Source: an uncultured Anaerolineales bacterium
GTDB taxonomy: Bacteria; Chloroflexota; Anaerolineae; Anaerolineales; UBA11858
Length of the DNA: 64,000 nucleotides
Reading direction: 5' to 3'
Assembly (NCBI GenBank): GCA_964613985.1
Contig: CAZTJD010000008.1
Location: forward strand, 3,695 to 67,694
Position numbers and translations under genes: made by a program
Shown: positions 35,712 through 45,016 of the stretch, piece by piece
Layout: each line of letters opens with the position of its first letter
Position numbering within the stretch: the stretch's first letter is position 1
The notes under the pieces: model-generated
What the model saw: the letters and a program-made list of their open reading frames with translations, nothing else
Told to the model about the DNA's origin: nothing
Databases searched by the model: none

Positions 35712-36770
35712 TCAATTGGAAATAAAATCACCTCCTTTCGTTGACAGCTCATCGACCGGTATACCGCCACAAGATCGTCTGATGATCAGTGAGGGTTTCA
35801 ATAAGATATGCTGCGCTTCAATAAGTTCTCCCTGTATTCTTTTTACGAGCATTTCACAAACCATTGCACCGATTTGATAAATTGGTTGGTTTACCGTGGT
35901 AAGTGACGGGTGGCAGTGTTCTGCCAGTGGGATGTTATCAAATCCTGTAATTGCGATATCTCTGCCAACAGTTAAGCCTTTTTCCTGTGTAGCGCTGATC
36001 GCCCCCAAAGCCATCAAATCATTGCACGCTACGATTGCCGTTGGTGGTGTTGGCAAATTTAACAGGTACCGGGTTTGGGAATACCCTCCTTTTTGGGTCA
36101 GGTCACCAGTAACAATCATGGGGTCGTCAAGAACCACTCCTTGCTCCAGAAGACCTTCTCGCAAGCCTTTCAGTCGGTAATGGGTAAACGTCAAATGGGG
36201 TGGAGCTGTTATTACTGCGATCTCCTTGTGTCCTAAATCCACCAGGTGCCGGGCGATCAAGCGCATCCCGTATTCACCATCCTCATCCACAAACAGATAG
36301 TCTGGGATGCTTTCTGTACGGCCAAAAGCGACAAATGGGAAATCCACACCCGACAAGTATTCGATGCGTTCATCCTGACAACGGGTGCGTACGATCACAA
36401 ATCCATCTACTCGTCCCCCTTGTACTTTCTCGCGGTAAGCGGCAAGTTCCTCCTCACCTGGACCTCGGGTCGATACCAGCAAGTCATAATTGAGGTGGGC
36501 GGCAGTATTCCCAATGCCAGCCAGAAATTCACTAAAAAACGGGTCAGAAAAACGCGGCCCAAATGTCGGCAGGATAAATCCAATCGTGTCAGTCCTCCTT
36601 TTTTGTAAACGCTGGGCAAAGATGTTAGGGGTGTACCCCAGCTCACTGGCAACTTGTTGTACTAGGGCTTTGGTTTCGGGGCTGACATCGTTATAGCCGT
36701 GCAAGGCACGCGAGACCGTTGTGACCGACTTCCCCACTTTATCAGCAATCTCTTTAAGAGTCACAGGCAT
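35712..36770 (-). CDS. LacI-family transcriptional regulator
   Basis: The HTH is VTLKEIADKVGKSVTTVSRALHG, joined to a sugar-binding core. I moved the start to ATG 36770 (GGGAG 6 nt upstream). The track start at 36848 would cover the operator sites. Confidence 0.85.
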   Translation of the reverse strand: MPVTLKEIADKVGKSVTTVSRALHGYNDVSPETKALVQQVASELGYTPNIFAQRLQKRRTDTIGFILPTFGPRFSDPFFSEFLAGIGNTAAHLNYDLLVSTRGPGEEELAAYREKVQGGRVDGFVIVRTRCQDERIEYLSGVDFPFVAFGRTESIPDYLFVDEDGEYGMRLIARHLVDLGHKEIAVITAPPHLTFTHYRLKGLREGLLEQGVVLDDPMIVTGDLTQKGGYSQTRYLLNLPTPPTAIVACNDLMALGAISATQEKGLTVGRDIAITGFDNIPLAEHCHPSLTTVNQPIYQIGAMVCEMLVKRIQGELIEAQHILLKPSLIIRRSCGGIPVDELSTKGGDFISN

Positions 36771-36795
36771 GGAATACTCCCAGGCATTAGACCAA

Positions 36796-36841
36796 CCAAA
36801 ACGTTTCGGAATCGTTTTCATTGTATTCCAAAACGTTTTGG
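36796..36841. promoter_or_regulatory. Two LacI-type operator palindromes upstream of the LacI gene
   Basis: CCAAAACGTTTCGG at 36796-36809 and the perfect palindrome CCAAAACGTTTTGG at 36828-36841. Both have the central CG typical of LacI/CcpA operators. Confidence 0.65.
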
Positions 36842-37019
36842 AAGTCAAGAGAAGTGGCGGATGCTGTTAGCCACAGTTTCAAACATCCCTATATAACTCA
36901 GCCTTCGACTGCGCCTGATTCAATGAAACTGTCAAAGCAAGTATTCCGTCAAACGTTAATATCAGGATTGTCATTCTAGGCAAAGCGAAGAATCTCGCCA
37001 TTCCATCTCTCCTCCCAAT

Positions 37020-37223
37020 ATGGGATTTGGATATCTTGGCTACATTCTTCCCGTCCAATCCCGTAGCCGAGATTTCACAATCTCGCCCCTTCTCCTATCC
37101 TTCACAACTCTGCGGGATATGGATTTCCCGGCTACATTCCTCCCATCCAATTCCGTAGCCGAGATTTCACAATCTCGCCACACCTCATCCCCTTCACAAC
37201 TCTGCGGGATATGGGTAACTGGC
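37020..37223. repeat. Tandem ~93-bp x2.2 hairpin repeat upstream of the C25-like gene
   Basis: GGCTACATTC occurs at 37038 and 37131. CCGTAGCCGAGATTTCACAATCTCGCC occurs at 37061 and 37153. A partial copy lies at 27982-28045. Confidence 0.85.
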
Positions 37224-37457
37224 AACAAAATCGCACGATTCAAAGACGCAATCAAAAATAATGCACAATGCTCTTTTTTATATTGCATTCAAATCGGTAC
37301 ACCGTTATAATCATGCCTCAGGCAATAAAAAATAGCTCTTCTTAGGTCTATTGATGTTATTTTGCCTGTTTTGAAAGCCACCTAGTCAAAGCTAACGGTT
37401 GTCTGTTTCCAGTATTTTCACAACCTGACATAGTTCCTCACTACGGAGAGTCACTCA

Positions 37458-40400
37458 ATGAATTCCATTATCCTTCGACTCCGGGCTAACTGGCGCAGCT
37501 TCTTTATTTTTATTTTTCTAGGGGTAATAAACCTGACCTCCAGCCTGCCAAAATTCCCTGATCAAGCATTTCCAATCACAGGTGAATCGCTGGAATTCGA
37601 GCTCCAGGCACCCACTTACCAGGTTCAGCACATCGGGGATGGTACGACCACGATCCAGGCTGAAGGCTTCCCAGCGAATGATCACCCCGGGGAACTTGCC
37701 TTGCCGCGTCAGGTGGTTCAAGTCGCCCTTCCCCCCGATGCAGACCCCAACAGCCTGAATCTGGAGCTTATCAGCGTCGATTTGGAGCAGTTTCCCGGCA
37801 GACACAACATCCCCCGCAATCCACCTGACTCGAATTCCGAAACGCAAAAAACGGCATCTTCCCTTCTAGACCAGGATGCACCAGGGGGATATGTCCGCCT
37901 GCTGTCCACGGGCCAGATGCGTAAATGGCGTTTTGCCAACCTGGCATTCACCCCGTTTCGACTGGATGGTGCCACGGAACAGCTCTATGTGGCAAAAAAA
38001 GTCCATTTCCGTCTGAACTACAGCCAACTTGATTCAAGCCAGGACTCGGCTTTCTTGAATGACACAGTCATGGATGACCTCGCTGAGCAGATGTTCCTTA
38101 ATTTCGACCAGGCTCAAGCATGGTATCCACCCTCCGACTCGCCTAATTTACCAGGTATAAGCTACAGTTATGTGATCATCACCACCAATGATATCGAGAC
38201 CAACAGCGATAAATTGGATGATTTCATCACCCATAAGCAGAACATGGGTTTCAGCGTTCTCACAGTCACTGAGGATGACTACGGAATCCTGACCAGCCAG
38301 GCACCTGATGGAACCGCAGAAAAGATCCGCAAGTGGCTCCAGGATCACTACACTACCTACAGCATTGAATATGTCCTGCTGATTGGTGACCCTGATCCGG
38401 ATGTTCCCGGTCAATCAGACTCAGTTGGTGATATTCCAATGAAGATGTGCTTCCCTAAAATCGGCTATAATTCCCCCACCGATTATTTCTATGCTGACCT
38501 GACCGGCAATTGGAACCTGGATGGGGATGGTGAATTCGGGGAAACCAGCGGAGACTTCGGCACAGGCGGGGTGGATTTCGCACCGGAAGTGTTCGTGGGG
38601 CGCATCCCGGTCTATAACAATGACTATACCACCCTGGACAACATCCTCCAGAAGACCATCAACTACGAAAATGAGAGCAACCCTTTTGGCTGGCGCAGGT
38701 CGTCCTTGCTGCCAATGAGCTTCTCAGAAGCAGGTTACGACGGTGCCCCCCTGGCAGAGCAGATGATGGATGATTACCTGGATGGTGCCAGTTTCACACA
38801 CTGGACTCAATACCAGCAGGGGGATGGTGCCTGTGGTGTGGTTTCAACGTATTCCAGTGACCAGAACTTGCGCGGCGGTACGGTCGTTCGCGATCGCTGG
38901 GCGGGTAATGATTACGGTCTGGTGGTCTGGTGGGGGCACGGCTCTGAGACATTGGCAATGGTCGGCTACACTGGCTGTGACGATGGCACCCTGTTTCAAT
39001 CCTCTTATGCCTCGTCCCTGGATGATGCCCATCCTTCCTTCATATACCAGAATTCCTGCACGAATGGTTACCCTGAAAATACCGGCAACCTGCAGTATTC
39101 GCTGTTAAAGCAGGGTGCGGTGGCGACAGTAGGTGCGACCAGGGTCTCCTGGTACAACATAGGGGTAGGCTATGGCGATTTCGGTAGGAGCACAACCAAC
39201 TCCGGCATTGGCTATGAATATGCCAGACGTCTGGTTGAGGGTCAATCGGCTTCTCAAGCCCTTTACAATGCTAAGAGCAGTATGGACACTGAGGGCAGTG
39301 ACACCCGCGTCATGAATTACTATGATTTCAACTTGTACGGCGACCCGGCTATTTTCTTGTTGCCTCTTCTCCCCCCTACCAATCTCAACGTCACGACCAT
39401 ATCGCAAGACCGTATCGACCTCACCTGGACCGATAACAGCATCACCGAGAGCGGTTTCAAGATCGAACGATCAGAAGACGGTACCACGGGCTGGACCCAT
39501 ATTGCCACCGTGGGCCCTGATGAGACTTGGTATCCTTCTTCGGCCTTGTCCTGTGGTACCACCTATTATTTCCGCGTCCGGGCTTATAACAGCTGGACCA
39601 ATTCGCTATACAGCAACGTCGATAGTGATACGACCTGGGTCTGCCCACCAGGAGCCTTCAATAAAACCTTCCCGACCGCCAATGCCACTGGGGTCAGCAT
39701 CAATCCCACCCTTTATTGGGAAGCCAGCAGCGATGCCTATTATTATGAGGTTTGTGTGGACACGGTATTGAATAGCATCTGCGATGATGTCTGGAATTAT
39801 GTCGATCCTGGTATGACTAATATCAATCTCTATGGTCTGGTTGCCTATAACAGCTATGAATGGCAGGTTCGCGCTGTCAATACCAGCGGCACTACTTACG
39901 CGAATAATGGCCCCTGGTGGAAATTTACCACCGCACCTTCATTACCGGGAAATTTTAATAAAATCAATCCCAACAACAATGCCACCAGCATCTCTCTTTC
40001 ACCAGATTTAACCTGGGGTACCAGCAGTGAGGCAACCGATTATGATTACTGTATCGATAAAACCAACGATAACGCCTGTACTGCACCAGCAACCTGGACC
40101 AATGTTGGCAATGTAACCGGGGTGTCCTTAGGAAACTTGGACCCAAGTACCAATTATTATTGGCAAGTTCGGGCCAATAATAATATTGGTTCCACGTATG
40201 CCAATGTTAATACCTGGTGGTTGTTTACGACAGGGAGCGCGTTCGATGTCTACCTCCCTTTGCTGATGAAAAACACATCGGGGGATTCTTCTACCCTGGT
40301 GAACGGGAATTTTGAACAGGGCAGCAGTGTGGGTTGGGAGATTTACTCTTATAATGGCTGGCCGGTTATCATGAGCACCGTGGGTGGATTCCCATTTTCC

Positions 40401-40736
40401 CCTCACGATGGTAATTGGGCTGCCTGGCTGGGTAGGTCAGATGGTGAAACCACTTATCTCCGTCAAGATGTCACCATCGCACCTGGAGACAGTACCCTGC
40501 ACCTGTGGTATCAAATAGACTCGGAGGATATCTGCGGTTACGATTTCGGTCATGTCTTGGTCGATGGCAATTATGAGCACACCTGGAACCTCTGCAGCAC
40601 GAACAACACCAGCGATTGGGTTGAACTCAGCCTGGACCTGGGTGCTCATGCCAATCAAACCGTGACCCTGGAAATCCTCACCACCACAGATTATATTTAT
40701 CTTAGCAACCTCTATGTAGATGATATCAGTTTTTAA
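37458..40736 (+). CDS. Secreted multidomain peptidase C25 (gingipain-like) protein with FN3-like repeats and a C-terminal jelly-roll
   Basis: There is an N-terminal signal/anchor. The His and Cys contexts are VVWWGHGS and YQNSCTNG, plus VGRIPV. FN3-like modules are YYFRVRAYN, YEWQVRAVN and YYWQVRANN. The end reads NGNFEQG…YVDDISF. Confidence 0.7.
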   Translation: MNSIILRLRANWRSFFIFIFLGVINLTSSLPKFPDQAFPITGESLEFELQAPTYQVQHIGDGTTTIQAEGFPANDHPGELALPRQVVQVALPPDADPNSLNLELISVDLEQFPGRHNIPRNPPDSNSETQKTASSLLDQDAPGGYVRLLSTGQMRKWRFANLAFTPFRLDGATEQLYVAKKVHFRLNYSQLDSSQDSAFLNDTVMDDLAEQMFLNFDQAQAWYPPSDSPNLPGISYSYVIITTNDIETNSDKLDDFITHKQNMGFSVLTVTEDDYGILTSQAPDGTAEKIRKWLQDHYTTYSIEYVLLIGDPDPDVPGQSDSVGDIPMKMCFPKIGYNSPTDYFYADLTGNWNLDGDGEFGETSGDFGTGGVDFAPEVFVGRIPVYNNDYTTLDNILQKTINYENESNPFGWRRSSLLPMSFSEAGYDGAPLAEQMMDDYLDGASFTHWTQYQQGDGACGVVSTYSSDQNLRGGTVVRDRWAGNDYGLVVWWGHGSETLAMVGYTGCDDGTLFQSSYASSLDDAHPSFIYQNSCTNGYPENTGNLQYSLLKQGAVATVGATRVSWYNIGVGYGDFGRSTTNSGIGYEYARRLVEGQSASQALYNAKSSMDTEGSDTRVMNYYDFNLYGDPAIFLLPLLPPTNLNVTTISQDRIDLTWTDNSITESGFKIERSEDGTTGWTHIATVGPDETWYPSSALSCGTTYYFRVRAYNSWTNSLYSNVDSDTTWVCPPGAFNKTFPTANATGVSINPTLYWEASSDAYYYEVCVDTVLNSICDDVWNYVDPGMTNINLYGLVAYNSYEWQVRAVNTSGTTYANNGPWWKFTTAPSLPGNFNKINPNNNATSISLSPDLTWGTSSEATDYDYCIDKTNDNACTAPATWTNVGNVTGVSLGNLDPSTNYYWQVRANNNIGSTYANVNTWWLFTTGSAFDVYLPLLMKNTSGDSSTLVNGNFEQGSSVGWEIYSYNGWPVIMSTVGGFPFSPHDGNWAAWLGRSDGETTYLRQDVTIAPGDSTLHLWYQIDSEDICGYDFGHVLVDGNYEHTWNLCSTNNTSDWVELSLDLGAHANQTVTLEILTTTDYIYLSNLYVDDISF

Positions 40737-40851
40737 TACCAGTTTTGATGCAACAGCCAACCTACGAATTGTCAGTACCGATGATTAGGGTTTTAAGGAG
40801 GCGGGTTGCACGTTCAATCCGAATTGATCCTTCCCAGGGGAGGGTATTTTC

Positions 40852-42174
40852 ATGAAATATTTAAAATCTATTCTTCTGATCGGGGGAATAAGTCTAGTTA
40901 TTACAATATTACTCTCTATCCCGGTACATTCACTAATTTTTAGCCGCCAAACTGCATCTGCTGAAGAGGATTCCGATCCATCCTACTTTAGTATTTATGC
41001 GATGCCAAAACAAAGAATCTCCATTGATCGCAATCCTGATGCCCACCGCTACCGCCCCCAGGTTGTCTTTAACTACAACCACAACGAGTACCTGGTCGTC
41101 TGGCACAACACCTATGCAAGCGGCATCCGCTACCCTTATGCTCGCCGGTTGGATATCAATGGCAAGCCCATCGGGGATGTATTCGTGCTCTCTAACATCG
41201 TCACCAACCAGGTCCACCCCTTCGTGGTCTATAATGGCACCGATGATGTTTATTTCGTGGTCTGGATGTACGATGTATCCATGACTGGATCCCGCTACGA
41301 GATCTGGGGCAGCATCCTCCCCTGGAACGCAACGACCTGTTCAGATCCCTTCCGGATTGCCCATTTCGAAGATCCTGCCCTGGACTTGTGGTATCCTTCT
41401 GCCGCTTGGAACAGCCTTCATAACGAGTACCTGGTTATATGGGATGCACGTTTTGAGAATAACCATAATAGCATCGGCTTCCAGCGAGTAGATTCAGATG
41501 AGACCTTACTGACCAGTGGGACGATCACCATAGTGAAAGCGCCACATGAGTCTGACATTGTTTATAATTCCACAGCTGATCAATATCTCGTAGTCTGGAC
41601 ACGGAAAATTGATGATGTATCTTTATACAATTATATCCAGGGCGCTTTACTTAATTGGGATGCATCGATTTATGACATCGATGCCCTGATATATGGAGAG
41701 TGTGAGGACCAAGGTAATCCTGCTGTAGCCACTGCCATGAGTTACTACAATATTGCCTTTTCTTGTTGGTATCATGATGATCCAGTCCTTCCTTCGTGGG
41801 TATTTTCGAACATTTATGATTTAAATCTACAGTTTCTAGATTTTAAATTTTGGGCATCCCTTAACTTTGAGGTCTTAAATCCAGATATAACTGCAAAAGG
41901 AAGTGATGGGGAATGGTTGTTTACTTGGGAGATGATCGAAACTACCGGTAATACGATTAAAGGCTTTAGATATAAATATCCATCAACGCATGGTAGCGAT
42001 GTATATCAAATTAATGATGTTTCTTGGTATTATCGAGACCCTGCCGTGATTGGAGGAGGACCAGGCTATCTGCTGACTTATACAGGGAGAGATTCAGATC
42101 CCAACCATTGGCAGCATATCTACGCCACAAAAATATGGCAGTACGCGGATTTCCTACCACTGGTCTTTAAGTAG
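40852..42174 (+). CDS. Secreted protein with seven ~54-aa repeats (beta-propeller-like)
   Basis: A signal/TM N-terminus is present. The motif P.v..N...eYLVVW recurs with W/Y at residues 84, 138, 197, 249, 306, 359 and 410. Confidence 0.6.
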   Translation: MKYLKSILLIGGISLVITILLSIPVHSLIFSRQTASAEEDSDPSYFSIYAMPKQRISIDRNPDAHRYRPQVVFNYNHNEYLVVWHNTYASGIRYPYARRLDINGKPIGDVFVLSNIVTNQVHPFVVYNGTDDVYFVVWMYDVSMTGSRYEIWGSILPWNATTCSDPFRIAHFEDPALDLWYPSAAWNSLHNEYLVIWDARFENNHNSIGFQRVDSDETLLTSGTITIVKAPHESDIVYNSTADQYLVVWTRKIDDVSLYNYIQGALLNWDASIYDIDALIYGECEDQGNPAVATAMSYYNIAFSCWYHDDPVLPSWVFSNIYDLNLQFLDFKFWASLNFEVLNPDITAKGSDGEWLFTWEMIETTGNTIKGFRYKYPSTHGSDVYQINDVSWYYRDPAVIGGGPGYLLTYTGRDSDPNHWQHIYATKIWQYADFLPLVFK

Positions 42175-42376
42175 CATTCCTAAACAAATTGGTTGCCATC
42201 CCATTTGGTCTTCCACAGCGCATTCCACTCCTAGTACTTGACGAAAATTCTTAATATCTAACCCATTCATCAGTAATTTTCCCCGCTTAAATCGCCGTCC
42301 TAAACGGTTAGAGACAATTCTCCTATCACACACCTCGCGATTAAGTACCTGTCTCTACTCATAGTCCTTTCCTCCT

Positions 42377-42532
42377 AAACGCGGAGCGTTCACGAAAGGG
42401 TTCCAACGCGGAATATTGGAACCAGGATATTTTCGAACATTGGAACCAGGATACTTTCGAACATTGGAACCAGGGAATATATTATCTGGGTGCAATGCTC
42501 TGCGTTGCACCCCTTACCATACGCTCTGCGTT
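42377..42532 (+). repeat. REP/REPIN-like element (family associated with the RAYT gene)
   Basis: AACGCGGAGCGTT … 3x (GG)TTCCAACG/GAACATTGGAACC … GGGTGCAATGCTCTGCGTTGCACCCC … ACGCTCTGCGTT. Confidence 0.85.
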
Positions 42533-42565
42533 AAGTTGATATACCCCACAGATTCATCCGTTCCT

Positions 42566-43486
42566 TCACAAATATTTCACCCCCGTAAGCTGCTCTGAAA
42601 CTGCCCACAACCGCCTGGCTATTGCAGCATTATGTGATCGCCGCGTTGACTTAACCACCTTCGGATTTCCCCGGTGTCGGAGATACCCACCCGGGCCATA
42701 GAACTCCCCCCCTTGAACTTCAGGATCCACCGCTGCCTTGAGGATAGGTAAAGCACCGATAAAGGTCGGCGGTACCAGCCACTCAAACAAGAACCGCAAG
42801 ACCTTGATGATCGTCAGGTGATCGTAATGATGGACGATATTTGTATTGGCAAGTCCTGGATGCGCCGCAACGGAGACCGTGTTGGCATTGACTCTCTTGA
42901 ATCGTCGATCCAGTTCATAAGCAAAGATCAGGTTCGCCAGCTTGGAGCGCCGGTATGCGCCTAATCTCGAATAACCGATCCCCCCTTCATAGTTCAAGTT
43001 ATTGAAATCGATCTGCCCAAGCCGGTGAGAGGTGCTGCTGACTGTGACCACCCTGGAACCTTTCGTCTTGAACAACGGATCGATCAACAGCCCGGTTAAG
43101 GCAAAATGCCCCAGGTAGTTGGTCCCAACCTGGCTTTCGAATCCATCCACCGTCCTGGTATAAGGGACTGCCATGATCCCAGCGTTGTTGACCAGGACAT
43201 CCAACCGCTGGTGTTTTTCTTGAAACGAGCTGGCAAACTGCTTCACGGAAGCCAGGTCAGCAAGGTTTAAACTCTTGACTTCAACTTTTGCCTGTGGAAT
43301 CACTGCCAAGATTCGAGCTTGCGCAGCCAGAGCTTTGTCCAGGTTTCGGCACGCCAGGATAGTGTGGGCATCTTTCAACGCCAGCGCCTTGGCGATTTCA
43401 AATCCAAGACCGCTGTTCGCTCCAGTGACGATGATCGTCTTCCCGCTCAGATCGGAGATGTCTTCAATGGACCAACTTTTTTTCAT
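42566..43486 (-). CDS. Short-chain dehydrogenase/reductase
   Basis: TGANSGLG (TGxxxGxG), NNAG and the catalytic YRRSK. Confidence 0.85.
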   Translation of the reverse strand: MKKSWSIEDISDLSGKTIIVTGANSGLGFEIAKALALKDAHTILACRNLDKALAAQARILAVIPQAKVEVKSLNLADLASVKQFASSFQEKHQRLDVLVNNAGIMAVPYTRTVDGFESQVGTNYLGHFALTGLLIDPLFKTKGSRVVTVSSTSHRLGQIDFNNLNYEGGIGYSRLGAYRRSKLANLIFAYELDRRFKRVNANTVSVAAHPGLANTNIVHHYDHLTIIKVLRFLFEWLVPPTFIGALPILKAAVDPEVQGGEFYGPGGYLRHRGNPKVVKSTRRSHNAAIARRLWAVSEQLTGVKYL

Positions 43487-43609
43487 CTCATTTTTTCAAT
43501 TGAGCAGCGTTGCTACTTCAAAGAATCCTTTTCTGGACGATCATGGGATAGTATTTCTCCTTCCCTTCCCATATCCATACCATACTGATGCTCCCAGCGG
43601 ACAGGTACT

Positions 43610-43897
43610 TTAATCCTGAATTTTCGTAATTACTCTCTCCATATCTTTATCGATTCGTTCTCTCAGATATACCTTGATCAGTGATTGGTAGGGAACATCC
43701 ATTTTATTTGCCAACAGCTTCAACTCATTGAGCATCGACTCCGACATTCGTAATGAAATTGTCTTGGTTGCAGGTTTTAACTTAGGGAACACTGTTCGTT
43801 CCGCCTGTTCCCAATCCAGGTATTTAGTCGAGTCTTGTTGTCCCCAAAACTCTCGTTCTTCATCCTCGTTTTTGAATTCAGGTTTTTGCTTTAGCAT
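43610..43897 (-). CDS. brnA: BrnA antitoxin (CopG/RHH type)
   Basis: The C-terminal block is KTISLRMSESMLNELKLLANKMDVPYQSLIKVYL. It overlaps the brnT stop by 20 nt. Confidence 0.8.
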   Translation of the reverse strand: MLKQKPEFKNEDEEREFWGQQDSTKYLDWEQAERTVFPKLKPATKTISLRMSESMLNELKLLANKMDVPYQSLIKVYLRERIDKDMERVITKIQD

Positions 43898-44177
43898 ACA
43901 CTGCTCTTTCCTTTGGACTCATATCTCGGTCAGAGATAATCCGTATCTTATGGTCTCTAATTGTGAAAACAATAAAAAGCCATCGCTTGTTGTTCGTTTG
44001 CCCTAACGCGTAGTACCGTTTCTCTTCATAGGAATGTTTATCGTCATCGGCAAGTAACAGTGGTAAATTGAAAAATAATTCTTCACACTCCACATTGGAT
44101 ACTTGATGCCTGATAAAATTAATATCAAGATTACCTTCATCCCAATCAAAGCCTTCAATACTAAGAATATCCAGCAT
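43878..44177 (-). CDS. brnT: BrnT toxin (DUF497 ribonuclease)
   Basis: FDWDEGNLDINFIRHQVS…RIISDRDMSPKERAVY matches the BrnT layout (FEWDxxKxxxNxxKHGV … IRIISARxAxxxE). Confidence 0.8.
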   Translation of the reverse strand: MLDILSIEGFDWDEGNLDINFIRHQVSNVECEELFFNLPLLLADDDKHSYEEKRYYALGQTNNKRWLFIVFTIRDHKIRIISDRDMSPKERAVYAKAKT

Positions 44178-44343
44178 AAAAGTATATTGCTATCATATAC
44201 TAAGTAAGTCAAGATCTCCCTCCCTAACCCTGGATGTAATTCCCTATTGGGACCGCCGCGCAGATGGTTGTTTGTTTGGAAATAAGGCTGAAAATCATTC
44301 TTTTGGATTTTATCTTAATCTCGGCTTATGAACAATTTCTCAT

Positions 44344-44460
44344 CAACGCGGATCGTTCACGCAAGGGTTCCAACGTCGAACATTGGAACCAGGATACTTT
44401 CGAACATTGGAACCAGGAATATTACCTGGGTGCAACCCCAAATTGGGGCATCCGCGTTAC
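44344..44460 (+). repeat. REP/REPIN-like element flanking the RAYT gene (3' side of the gene)
   Basis: CAACGCGGATCGTT … GGTTCCAACGTCGAACATTGGAACC … GAACATTGGAACC … GGGTGCAACCCC. Confidence 0.85.
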
Positions 44461-45008
44461 GTACACCATTCCATGCACACCTCTAATTCTCCCTCCATCC
44501 CCGCGTACACCCTGGCACTCGAATAACGCCAATGTTCAGGCTCATCCACATACCCCCTCCGCACTGGATTATGATGAACATATTCAATCTTCTGCCACAT
44601 CATCTTATCATCCAGAATCCGCTTCGGATGATGACCCTCCTGCCAGAACTGGTACGGTCGGTCCCTGCGGTGCGCCAGCTTCTGCTCAGCTAACTGCTTT
44701 AAAATAAATACATTGTCATCCCGTTCATAAACATCAATGTACTTCCGGGCTGTAAAGGACTTAAATTTCGCCATCTCCTTTGCCAGGTTCTCAGCACTTG
44801 CTATTAAATGAAGATGATTCTCCATCAAGACATAACCATAATCTTTCAGACGATTCTCGTTAACCAAAAACCGTAGCGATTCAAACACAATCTTCGCAAC
44901 CTCAGGACTGCTGAATAATGGCAGCCAGTTCACTGTTGTCCCAGTTAAGAAATAAGGCCAATCGTAATCATCGTCTTGGATTTTGTATTTATCTCGACTC
45001 GTAATCAC
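44457..45008 (-). CDS. REP-associated tyrosine transposase (RAYT, IS200/IS605-like Y1 HUH enzyme)
   Basis: The HUH motif is in YVLMENHLHLIAS. The catalytic Tyr context is IEYVHHNPVRRGYV…WRYSS. It is a single gene with no TnpB and has REP elements on both sides. Confidence 0.85.
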   Translation of the reverse strand: MITSRDKYKIQDDDYDWPYFLTGTTVNWLPLFSSPEVAKIVFESLRFLVNENRLKDYGYVLMENHLHLIASAENLAKEMAKFKSFTARKYIDVYERDDNVFILKQLAEQKLAHRRDRPYQFWQEGHHPKRILDDKMMWQKIEYVHHNPVRRGYVDEPEHWRYSSARVYAGMEGELEVCMEWCT

Positions 45009-45016
45009 TTCATCTC

